A DNA stretch of 6,515 bases from a virus (taxonomy: Duplodnaviria > Heunggongvirae > Uroviricota > Caudoviricetes), in IMG/VR virus record IMGVR_UViG_2541047958_000004, positions 1 to 6,515 of that record; one strand, written 5' to 3'. The translations under genes were made by a program, and so were the position numbers. This document shows, piece by piece, positions 1 to 6,515 of this stretch. Under the pieces are notes generated by a model. The model worked only from the letters and a program-made list of their open reading frames with translations, was not told the origin of the DNA and did no database searches. Numbering within the stretch: position 1 is the first letter of the stretch; every line of letters starts with the position of its first letter.

Positions 1-582
1 TTACCCTATAGGTGCTACTGGCCATTCAATATCCGGTGCAGTTGATGTATCAACACGGTTCAGCAACACCCGATACTTTTTCCAGGCTTCCAGCAACGAC
101 GCCTCTTCTTCCGTTGCGATCTCCAGATCTACAGCATCCTGAAGCGGCGCTATATGCTCACTGGCTACCTGCATCAGGCTGTTTTTTGTTTCTTCCGCCT
201 CCCGGATCCGGAACAGTTTTTCTGCTTCCGTATCCTTCACCCAGACTGTACCGTTCCACTTCTGAAACTCCCCTTCCGGGGATAACCAGGTGACATTTTC
301 CGGTAATGAGCCGAGTTCAGAAATAAATAACGCGTCGCCGGAAGCCACGTCATAGACCGTTTTACCACGATGGTCTTCAACGAGATGCCACGATGCCTCA
401 TCACTGTTGAAAACAGCCACGAAGCCTGCCGGAATATCTGGCGGTGCAATATCGGTACTGTTTGCAGGCAGACCTGTATGAGGCGGAATATATGCGTCAC
501 CTTCACCAATAAATTCATTAGTTCCGGCCAGCAGGTTATAAATTTTTATGGTCCGTGCTTGTTCACTCATTCTGAATGCCAT
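1..582 (-). CDS. tfa: Tail fibre assembly protein (lambda Tfa-like chaperone), complete, 193 aa; stop codon at 1..3 (TAA on minus strand)
   Basis: Seen: ATG at 582 (rc of 580..582), GAGG Shine-Dalgarno 8 nt upstream (rc of 591..596), and the ATG overlaps the stf stop as TAATG. The translation (MAFRMSEQ...[31 protein letters not shown]...[22 protein letters not shown]) matches phage lambda Tfa / E. coli TfaE-type proteins almost end to end, as recalled from memory. No search was run. Confidence 0.9.
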   Translation of the reverse strand: MAFRMSEQARTIKIYNLLAGTNEFIGEGDAYIPPHTGLPANSTDIAPPDIPAGFVAVFNSDEASWHLVEDHRGKTVYDVASGDALFISELGSLPENVTWLSPEGEFQKWNGTVWVKDTEAEKLFRIREAEETKNSLMQVASEHIAPLQDAVDLEIATEEEASLLEAWKKYRVLLNRVDTSTAPDIEWPVAPIG

Positions 583-2474
583 TATGCGAGCCTCACAATA
601 TAGTTAAATGCGATGTTTTTGACGGTGTTTTCCGCGTTACCAGCAGCGTTAACGGTGATGGTGTGTCCATGTGAGCCAATCGCAACCGAGTGCGTATGCG
701 CACCAATACCTACAGTATGTGCATGTGCGCCAGAACTTGCTGCAGTACCAGACAGCGAGTGGGTATGAGCACCTGCTGACTGTGTCTGAATACGTTGATA
801 ATACGATCTACTGGAAGAAGTCCCCGGGCTTACTTGATACTGTGAATCCTTGACATAAGTGAACCCACCGCCATCATAAAATGCTAACGCAGAACCGCCG
901 CCTCCTGGCCAACGAATACCATTACCATGAGTATGAGCACCGGCAGACCCCGTAGAGCCACTCAGACTGTGCGTATGCGCCCCGGTGTTATTCGTGGATT
1001 TAGTGCCGTAATCAAACGACGATGTGGTTTTCGTCCCCAAATCCGTACTGGATGCGCTGGCGCTGTGGGTGTGCGATTTAATGCCGTCCTGTTCCTGAGA
1101 CAATACGGCCCGACCACTGGCAGGTTTGCCCTTAATCGTCCAGCCACGCATATCAGGGATCACGCCTGACGGATAAGCCGCTGCAAGTTTCGGGTATGCA
1201 GATTTGTCAAAAGTCTGCCCCTGCATCAGGGCATAGCCAGACGGAACGGTATCCGATGGCCACGGGATTGGTGCGCCGACTGGGTAGCTTTCTGGTGGAA
1301 GATTTTTCGAGGTATAAACTTCTGCCCAGTCTTCCTCAAAACCATAGCCATCTCTTGAGGAACGGTAGAACAGACCTCCATTTCTGTAATGCGCCTTCAT
1401 CTGCAGGGTCCGGCAACTTCCGACTCCGGTATAGAAGTTAACCAGAATATAGCTGTCGCCAGAGCGGGTGACATTGTAAGCGCCTGATTCGGCATTCCAG
1501 GGAACGCCACCATCCGCATCGGCATATGTATCAGTTGCCCTTCTGGCAAAAGCAGCCACATGCGCAGCGGTTAAAGTAATATCTTTGGAACCATCAAACT
1601 CAACACCAGAAACCAGTCTTGGCGTTTGCAGCTTTGTTGCTGTTAATGCATTACCGTTCAGACTTGCGGACAGTTTGGTTCCAATAATCAGTTCGCCGGT
1701 TGCGTTATCAATAGCAAACGGTCTTAATGTATTCCAGCCACCATAAACATCACCTTGATTGGTAAGCAGCAGGTAAGTTTTAGCGCCATCATTACGCCAT
1801 AATGCACCATACTCCCCACCTATCATTCGAATCTGATTACCACCACGCGCTACAATTTCGTCTGTGGCAAAAAGTTTTTTGCACGACAAGTTATCGTTAA
1901 CGATTAACGAATGAGACTCATAAAAACCACGCCCACTCTTAAAATCAAGGATAACGTCCGCCGCGATACATTCAGTCGCCGGATTTGTTGCCCCAAACTT
2001 ATAGGTCGTATCATTAACAACGAGATCAGCACCAGGTGCGGATATTGACAGGCCATCTTCGATAAACGCAAAAACAGGGAAAGCAGCGCCATCAACATAG
2101 AACACAGAGCGCAAATCATCGCCCTTATTACTCATCATTATTGAGTGGATGGCTCGTTCATTGTTTTGATATTGCCAGAACATGCCATAAGCATAACGCC
2201 CCCTGTCAGTCCAGCCACCAGGCATAACAAATCCGTTAAACTCGCAGTTATTCATCGGATCGCCTGCGGTTCGCGTTGCCGTGGTGATAATGACCCTTGA
2301 TGCCAGTTCGCTTACTGAGCCAGCAGAACGCATAACAACAACAGGGTAATATTTTCCAGATGTTGCACCTGCAGGAGCATTAACCCGCACATAACGCATA
2401 CCGCGCTTATCAGCAAAGTCTGTTTTACTGACCGCGTTAATGTTGTTCAGGAAGTGTCCCTTAAGGCAAAACAA
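582..2474 (-). CDS. stf: Side tail fibre protein (Stf-like), mosaic; start uncertain (TTG at 2474 is the longest ORF, first ATG at 2399); possibly a 5'-truncated copy of a longer stf
   Basis: Seen: 630-codon ORF ending in TAA at 582..584. The C-terminal ~235 aa (from ...GAPIPWPSD onward; ...[32 protein letters not shown]...[30 protein letters not shown]) matches the lambda Stf C-terminal region from memory, including repeated GAHTHS/GAHAHT His motifs. There is no Shine-Dalgarno before either candidate start, and the frame stays open 27 codons upstream of the first ATG. Confidence 0.8.
   Translation of the reverse strand: MFCLKGHFLNNINAVSKTDFADKRGMRYVRVNAPAGATSGKYYPVVVMRSAGSVSELASRVIITTATRTAGDPMNNCEFNGFVMPGGWTDRGRYAYGMFWQYQNNERAIHSIMMSNKGDDLRSVFYVDGAAFPVFAFIEDGLSISAPGADLVVNDTTYKFGATNPATECIAADVILDFKSGRGFYESHSLIVNDNLSCKKLFATDEIVARGGNQIRMIGGEYGALWRNDGAKTYLLLTNQGDVYGGWNTLRPFAIDNATGELIIGTKLSASLNGNALTATKLQTPRLVSGVEFDGSKDITLTAAHVAAFARRATDTYADADGGVPWNAESGAYNVTRSGDSYILVNFYTGVGSCRTLQMKAHYRNGGLFYRSSRDGYGFEEDWAEVYTSKNLPPESYPVGAPIPWPSDTVPSGYALMQGQTFDKSAYPKLAAAYPSGVIPDMRGWTIKGKPASGRAVLSQEQDGIKSHTHSASASSTDLGTKTTSSFDYGTKSTNNTGAHTHSLSGSTGSAGAHTHGNGIRWPGGGGSALAFYDGGGFTYVKDSQYQVSPGTSSSRSYYQRIQTQSAGAHTHSLSGTAASSGAHAHTVGIGAHTHSVAIGSHGHTITVNAAGNAENTVKNIAFNYIVRLA
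585..1290 (-). other. Lambda-Stf-like C-terminal receptor-binding/tip region of the tail fibre, with repeated HxH (GxHxH) motifs
   Basis: Seen: at least seven H-x-H motifs in the last ~200 aa (SHTHS, GAHTHS, GAHTHG, GAHTHS, GAHAHT, GAHTHS, SHGHT). Established knowledge: HxH repeats in T4 gp37-type fibre tips coordinate metal ions, and the lambda Stf tip together with Tfa determines receptor use. Boundaries are approximate. Confidence 0.7.
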
Positions 2475-2493
2475 ATTCTATGCGTTCAGTCAT

Positions 2494-3504
2494 TCATGCT
2501 TTCCACTTCAGGACACCCGAATTTCTCGCGTGCATTAAAAAACGAATCAGCAACAACAGCTGGCTGCCGTGTTTTTCTTCAAAATCTTTTACCCCGGCGT
2601 GCAGTTCGTTATGACATTTACGGCACAGCGGAATAACAAACAAATCATCAGCCTTTGTTCCCATCCCTCCCAGTCCATGACCAATGATGTGATGCGGATC
2701 ATCTGCCTGATTACCGCACGTCATGCATTTCTGCGTTTTTACCCAGCGCGTGTATACAGGCATCTCTTCCCGTTGTGGTTTCTGGCGCTGGAGATACTGA
2801 GCCGGTGACTCCGGATCAACAGCAATGCTGACCACCGTCTTTTCCTGTGGCGGGTTTTGCTGGTGGGCGTGAGGCAGCGGCGCAAGATTTTTTGTGCGCT
2901 GCTTCAGTATGCTGGTGGCGGTCTGCTCTCCCGGTACGATGTCGCTTTCACGGTACATTGAGCGGATTTTTTCCGCACGCAACCCCAGCGAACGACGTAA
3001 TACCGCTTCCGGTAGCACGTCCGCCACCTGATTGCGGACCGCCCACCAGGATAATTCAGCCAAAGATAATTCACGCTCCTGCGTACCGCTTATTGCGTGA
3101 CCGATGACGTCAATCATCCATGCTGACAGGTTTTGATGAGCAAGCTGCCCGAGTGATTCGGATGTCTGGTCACGCAACTGGTTGTCGCAGTGCCAGCACA
3201 ACACCATTGCGCCGGTACCATAACGGTGAATGACAGTTTCGCTGTGATGATAATCGCCGTGTGGCCACTGGCAGGATTTAATATGGCGCAACAGCCAGTC
3301 AGACAATGCACCAGCACCACCAGCAGCACGAATCACCCGTGCGTTACTGAAAAACGGCAGCAATGTTTTGTCTTCCACCAGCGGCTGGCGAACGGCAGGA
3401 ACGACCCCTGACGGCAGATTACGCATGCTTTTCGGTTCCGGCTCCACCAATACCCGGGTATTGTGGAATACTGGCATGGATTCACGGCCCGGCTTAACGA
3501 TCAC
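2494..3504 (-). CDS. DUF968-like prophage protein with two Cys/His clusters (HNH-like C-terminal motif); 336 aa from GTG at 3504, alternative ATG start at 3477
   Basis: Seen: long ORF ending in TGA at 2494..2496. C-terminal motif CMTCGNQADDPHHIIGHG...LCRKCHNELH (CxxC...HH...CxxCH) and N-terminal cluster CQWPHGDYHH...CWHCDNQ. From memory it resembles E. coli prophage DUF968 proteins (YdfU-type); not verified. Neither candidate start has a clear Shine-Dalgarno. Confidence 0.7.
   Translation of the reverse strand: MIVKPGRESMPVFHNTRVLVEPEPKSMRNLPSGVVPAVRQPLVEDKTLLPFFSNARVIRAAGGAGALSDWLLRHIKSCQWPHGDYHHSETVIHRYGTGAMVLCWHCDNQLRDQTSESLGQLAHQNLSAWMIDVIGHAISGTQERELSLAELSWWAVRNQVADVLPEAVLRRSLGLRAEKIRSMYRESDIVPGEQTATSILKQRTKNLAPLPHAHQQNPPQEKTVVSIAVDPESPAQYLQRQKPQREEMPVYTRWVKTQKCMTCGNQADDPHHIIGHGLGGMGTKADDLFVIPLCRKCHNELHAGVKDFEEKHGSQLLLLIRFLMHARNSGVLKWKA
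2599..2727 (-). other. HNH-like / zinc-finger-like motif region within the DUF968-like protein (aa ~260-302)
   Basis: Seen: CxxC (C260, C263), HH (271-272), CxxC-H (C294, C297, H298), H302. The spacing is reminiscent of HNH/His-Me finger nucleases; calling it that is inference. Confidence 0.45.
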
Positions 3505-3603
3505 CAGCCCGAGTTCCGGTATCCGGCGTTAATTGTTAACTGGTTAACGTCACCTGGAGGCACCAGGCACCGCATCACAAAACTCATTGTTGAGGGCGCG
3601 ATA
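3505..3603. promoter_or_regulatory. Divergent intergenic region between the DUF968 start and the first plus-strand small ORF; candidate promoter/operator region
   Basis: Seen: tandem palindromic hexamers GTTAAC-TG-GTTAAC (3535..3548) and an adjacent CACC-rich segment with short inverted repeat CCTGG-aggca-CCAGG (3553..3567). No sigma70 -35/-10 pair of good quality could be assigned by eye on either strand. Confidence 0.3.
3592..3596 (+). promoter_or_regulatory. Shine-Dalgarno (GAGGG) for the 62-aa small ORF
   Basis: GAGGG lies 7 nt upstream of ATG 3604. Confidence 0.5.
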
Positions 3604-3792
3604 ATGAAAACGTTATTACCAAACGTTAATACGTCTGAAGGTTGTTTTGAAATTGGTGTCACTATCAGTAATCCTGTATTTACTGAAGATGCCATTAACA
3701 AAAGAAAACACGAACGGGAGTTATTAAATAAAGTATGCATTGTTTCAATGCTGGCCCGTTTACGTCTGATGCCAAAAGGATGTGCACAATGA
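3604..3792 (+). CDS. Small hypothetical protein, 62 aa (MKTLLPNVNTSEGCFEIGV...), first gene of the recE-proximal operon
   Basis: Seen: ATG at 3604 with GAGGG Shine-Dalgarno; stop TGA 3790..3792 overlaps the next ORF's ATG (ATGA). The longer 109-aa form starting at 3463 would overlap the divergent DUF968 start and lacks an RBS, so the internal ATG is preferred. Its position corresponds to the small genes upstream of recE in Rac-type early-left operons (inference). Confidence 0.5.
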   Translation: MKTLLPNVNTSEGCFEIGVTISNPVFTEDAINKRKHERELLNKVCIVSMLARLRLMPKGCAQ

Positions 3793-3980
3793 ATCCAGTA
3801 TTTGCACTTATTCTGACGGTTTTTCTTGTTTCCGGAGAGCCAGTTGATATTGCAGTCAGTGTTCACAGAACAAAGCAGGAATGTATGGCAGCAGCAACCG
3901 AACAGAAAATTCCAGGCAACTGTTATCCGGTCGATAAAGTTATTCACCAGGATAATAACGAAATCCCGGCAGGATTTTAA
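3789..3980 (+). CDS. Small hypothetical protein, 63 aa, with a hydrophobic N-terminus (MNPVFALILTVFLVSG...) and two Cys; possible membrane or secreted small protein
   Basis: Seen: ATG at 3789 overlapping the upstream stop (ATGA), AAGGA Shine-Dalgarno at 3776..3780 with 8-nt spacing, and ~16 hydrophobic residues at the N-terminus. The ORF-track start at 3735 has no RBS. Confidence 0.55.
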   Translation: MNPVFALILTVFLVSGEPVDIAVSVHRTKQECMAAATEQKIPGNCYPVDKVIHQDNNEIPAGF

Positions 3981-4059
3981 AACAGCACCGTAATAAATAT
4001 CCAGTTTCATTCTTATATGTCAGCAATGGCAGAGATTTGTTCACCCTTAAATCTGTGAT

Positions 4060-4064
4060 GAGGT
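4060..4064 (+). promoter_or_regulatory. Shine-Dalgarno (GAGGT) for the RecE-like gene
   Basis: GAGGT lies 9 nt upstream of ATG 4074. Confidence 0.5.
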
Positions 4065-4073
4065 TTACCAATA

Positions 4074-6515
4074 ATGAGCACTGATAAAGAAGAATTTGCA
4101 CTATATTGCGAAGCAAAAAATGACAAAGTAAGAAAACGCCTGGGAATTAAAGGTGGTTTTTACTGGACTACAGCAAAAAAATTATCTGTTGCAATCTCCC
4201 GCTGCATTACCGCAATGGATGACAACGATTATGATGAAGACGACTTTAAAAAACCCGTCCGCGTCAATTTGCCCGTTGTTGACGACCTTCCGCCAGAAGG
4301 CGTGTTTGATACTGAATTCTGCAACCGCTATGAAAAAGGCGGGAAAGATGGCATCACAATGACATTTATCGGCCCTTCCCCCTCTGTTCAGGACAAACCA
4401 GCCAGCACTGACAATACCAACATCAACGGCGAAGACATGACTGAGATTGAGGAGAGCATGCTTCTGCCTGTCTCCGGTCAGGAACTGCCCATTCGTTGGC
4501 TTGCTCAACACGGCAGCGAAAAACCAGTAACGCACGTTTCACGCGACGAACTCCAGGCATTACACATTGCACGGGCTGAAGAACTACCGGCTGTTACTGC
4601 CCTGGCTATTTCGCATAAAACCAGTCTGCTCGACTCGCTGGAGATTCGCGACCTCCACAAACTGGTTCGTGACACTGACAAAGTTTTCCCTAATCCTGGT
4701 AATTCAGACCTGGGACTAATAACTGCTTTTTTCGAAGCATACCTGGACGCTGACTACACTGATCGGGGTCTGCTGACAAAAGAGTGGATGAAAGGAAATC
4801 GTGTTTCACGCATCACCCGCACGGCTTCCGGTGCTAATGCTGGCGGTGGGAACAAAACCGATCGCAATCCGAATTTAGTACACACCCTCGACACACTGGA
4901 TGTGGAGATTGCAGCAGCCACACTTCCGATGGATTTTAATATTTATGAAATTCCGGGCAGCGTTTATCGTCGCGCAAAAGAAGTAGTCCTGAACAAAGAA
5001 AGTCCGTTCAAAGAATGGTCCGCAGCACTTCGTGCAACCCCGGGTATTCTGGACTATTCCCGCGCCGCTATTTTTGCACTTATCCGAAGCGCACACCCTG
5101 AATTTTATCACTACCCGGGACGCCTTCAGGGGTATATCAACGCCTATTTGACGGAAACTGATCACGAGAACCCCAGCAAGGAAACTCTCACAGCTGCCCG
5201 GCATACGCCGGAAAAAGATATCCTGGAAGAAATTAACCGCGAGGTGGTTACTGAGCGTGAAACAGAAGAAGAAAAACCACAACCATCTGACGCAATGGCA
5301 GGTGAACAGGCAACAACTGAAACAATGGAACCGGATACAACTGAACATGGCCAGAACGCGCAGTCGCTGGATGCTCAGTCGCAGGTGAGTTCCGCTAACC
5401 AAGTAAAAGTCACCGCTGACGAAGTAAACAAAATTATGCAGGCAGCCAATATCAGCCAGCCTGACGCCGATAAGTTACTTGCTGTATCGCGTGGTGAATT
5501 TGTTGAGGGGATTAGCGACCCTAATGATCCGAAATGGGTCAAGGGGATCCAGACTCGCGATTCTGTGAACCAGAACCAGCATGAATCGGAACGGAACGAC
5601 CAAAAAGCGGAACAAAACAGCCCAAATGCGTTACAAAACGAGCCAGAAACGAAACAATCCGAACCAGTAGCGCAACAGGAACCGGAAAAAGTCTGCACCG
5701 CCTGCGGTCAGAGCGGTGGCGGCAACTGCCCTGATTGTGGCGCGGTGATGGGCGACGCAACATACCAGGAAACATTCGATGAAGAGAATCAGGTTGAAGT
5801 TCAGGAAAATGATCCGGAGGAAATGGAAGGCGCTGAACATCCACACAAGGAGAACCCTGGCGGCAATCAGCATCACGCCAGCGATAATAAAACTGGCGAG
5901 ACGGCAGATCACTCAATTAAGGTGAACGGTCATCACGAAATCACATCCACCAGCAGGACGTGTGACCATCTAATGATCGACCTTGAAACCATGGGAAAAA
6001 ATCCTGATGCCCCGATCATCTCAATAGGTGCAATATTTTTCGATCCGCAAACCGGAGATATGGGACCGGAATTTAGTAAGACTATCGATCTGGAAACTGC
6101 TGGCGGAGTCATTGATCGGGACACCATTAAATGGTGGCTTAAGCAATCACGCGAAGCGCAATCTGCCATTATGACCGATGAAATCCCGTTAGATGATGCA
6201 CTGTTACAATTGCGGGAATTTATCGACGAAAACTCCGGTGAATTTTTTGTTCAGGTCTGGGGAAATGGAGCCAACTTCGACAACACGATTTTGCGCCGTT
6301 CATACGAACGGCAGGGGATCCCCTGCCCGTGGCGTTACTACAACGATCGCGATGTACGCACAATCGTTGAGCTGGGGAAAGCCATAGACTTCGATGCCAG
6401 AACGGCTATTCCATTCGAAGGTGAGCGCCATAATGCACTTGATGACGCTCGTTACCAGGCAAAATACGTTTCAGCTATCTGGCAAAAACTGATCCCGAGT
6501 CAGGCTGATTTTTAA
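4074..6515 (+). CDS. recE: RecE-family (exodeoxyribonuclease VIII-like) protein, 813 aa, with the canonical C-terminal nuclease replaced by a DEDDh 3'-5' exonuclease domain; stop TAA at 6513..6515
   Basis: Seen: 2.4-kb ORF with an RBS. The N-terminal ~620 aa contain long stretches I recognise from E. coli Rac RecE (e.g. [134 protein letters not shown]; [46 protein letters not shown]). The last ~185 aa instead carry DEDDh motifs. The symbol is given for the N-terminal family only. Confidence 0.85.
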   Translation: MSTDKEEFALYCEAKNDKVRKRLGIKGGFYWTTAKKLSVAISRCITAMDDNDYDEDDFKKPVRVNLPVVDDLPPEGVFDTEFCNRYEKGGKDGITMTFIGPSPSVQDKPASTDNTNINGEDMTEIEESMLLPVSGQELPIRWLAQHGSEKPVTHVSRDELQALHIARAEELPAVTALAISHKTSLLDSLEIRDLHKLVRDTDKVFPNPGNSDLGLITAFFEAYLDADYTDRGLLTKEWMKGNRVSRITRTASGANAGGGNKTDRNPNLVHTLDTLDVEIAAATLPMDFNIYEIPGSVYRRAKEVVLNKESPFKEWSAALRATPGILDYSRAAIFALIRSAHPEFYHYPGRLQGYINAYLTETDHENPSKETLTAARHTPEKDILEEINREVVTERETEEEKPQPSDAMAGEQATTETMEPDTTEHGQNAQSLDAQSQVSSANQVKVTADEVNKIMQAANISQPDADKLLAVSRGEFVEGISDPNDPKWVKGIQTRDSVNQNQHESERNDQKAEQNSPNALQNEPETKQSEPVAQQEPEKVCTACGQSGGGNCPDCGAVMGDATYQETFDEENQVEVQENDPEEMEGAEHPHKENPGGNQHHASDNKTGETADHSIKVNGHHEITSTSRTCDHLMIDLETMGKNPDAPIISIGAIFFDPQTGDMGPEFSKTIDLETAGGVIDRDTIKWWLKQSREAQSAIMTDEIPLDDALLQLREFIDENSGEFFVQVWGNGANFDNTILRRSYERQGIPCPWRYYNDRDVRTIVELGKAIDFDARTAIPFEGERHNALDDARYQAKYVSAIWQKLIPSQADF
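5694..5738 (+). other. Putative zinc ribbon (CxxC-x7-CxxC) within the RecE-like protein
   Basis: Seen: [17 protein letters not shown]. From memory the same motif is present in E. coli RecE. Confidence 0.5.
5961..6512 (+). other. DEDDh (DnaQ-like) 3'-5' exonuclease domain at the C-terminus of the RecE-like protein
   Basis: Seen: motif I MIDLET (D636, E638), motif [11 protein letters not shown], motif III H-x4-D (HNALDD) with a following Tyr. This pattern defines DEDDh exonucleases (RNase T, Exo I, DnaQ epsilon, oligoribonuclease). The domain begins at an internal Met (ATG 5973). Confidence 0.7.

Noticed and set aside
12-603. Small ORFs inside tfa (12..293 plus, 370..603 plus, 237..518 minus)
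   Set aside because: They are nested within the tfa coding region, which is strongly supported by near-identity to lambda Tfa, and carry no independent signals.
600-1000. Nucleotide-level repeats that might suggest a CRISPR array or other repeat element
   Set aside because: The repeats are short, imperfect and in-frame, encoding the GxHxH motifs of the fibre tip. There is no regular repeat-spacer structure.
671-1441. Plus-strand ORFs (671..853, 927..1169, 1196..1441) and minus-strand ORFs (962..1147, 1904..2119) within stf
   Set aside because: They are antisense or out-of-frame shadow ORFs inside the tail-fibre gene, without RBS or recognisable protein features.
582-2474. Possibility of an invertible (G-segment-like) tail-fibre cassette with gix/cix-type crossover sites
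   Set aside because: I looked for the conserved 26-bp crossover-site signature (e.g. TTCCTGTAAACCGAGGTTTTGGATAA-like) within and next to stf/tfa and did not recognise one. No invertase gene lies in the window. Anything left of position 1 is unseen.
3463-3603. 5' extension of the first small ORF (109-aa form starting at 3463)
   Set aside because: The extension overlaps the divergent DUF968 start and the intergenic repeats and has no RBS, whereas the internal ATG at 3604 has a GAGGG Shine-Dalgarno at ideal spacing.
3501-4010. 169-aa ORF on the minus strand spanning the region between DUF968 and recE
   Set aside because: It is entirely antisense to two plus-strand ORFs that have Shine-Dalgarno sequences and an ATGA coupling. 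Its translation is Cys-rich and low-complexity with no recognisable motif and no RBS, so it is most likely a spurious open frame.
3981-4073. Possible terminator or promoter between the second small ORF and recE
   Set aside because: There is no GC-rich hairpin followed by a T-tract, and candidate -35/-10 hexamers are weak. Co-transcription with the small ORFs is the simpler reading.
4153-6169. Several ORFs of 64-175 aa inside the recE-like gene (plus 4153..4362; minus 4182..4535, 4875..5402, 5375..5698, 5539..5916, 5631..5912, 5933..6169)
   Set aside because: They are nested within or antisense to a long, well-supported CDS. Their translations are compositionally odd (Cys/Phe/Arg-rich) with no motifs, typical of shadow ORFs.

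Overview
The window reads as a compact, mosaic lambdoid (lambda/Rac-like) prophage segment, with protein identities recognised from memory rather than by database search. On the minus strand there is a tail-fibre module: a complete tail fibre assembly gene (tfa, 1..582) translationally coupled to a side tail fibre gene (stf, 582..2474) whose C-terminal third is lambda-Stf-like with repeated GxHxH motifs. Upstream of stf on the same strand is a DUF968-like Cys/His-rich protein (2494..3504). Diverging from this, on the plus strand, are two small translationally coupled ORFs (3604..3792, 3789..3980) and an 813-aa RecE-family protein (4074..6515). Its C-terminal nuclease is not the canonical RecE PD-(D/E)XK domain but a DEDDh (DnaQ-like) 3'-5' exonuclease domain. 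I see no rRNA, tRNA, CRISPR array, IS element or convincing terminator. The most interesting points are the nuclease-domain swap in the RecE-like protein, the unusually tight divergent juxtaposition of a late tail-fibre module with an early recombination operon, the apparently 5'-truncated stf, and the uncharacterised DUF968 and small ORFs. Nothing here can be called a novel system from sequence alone.
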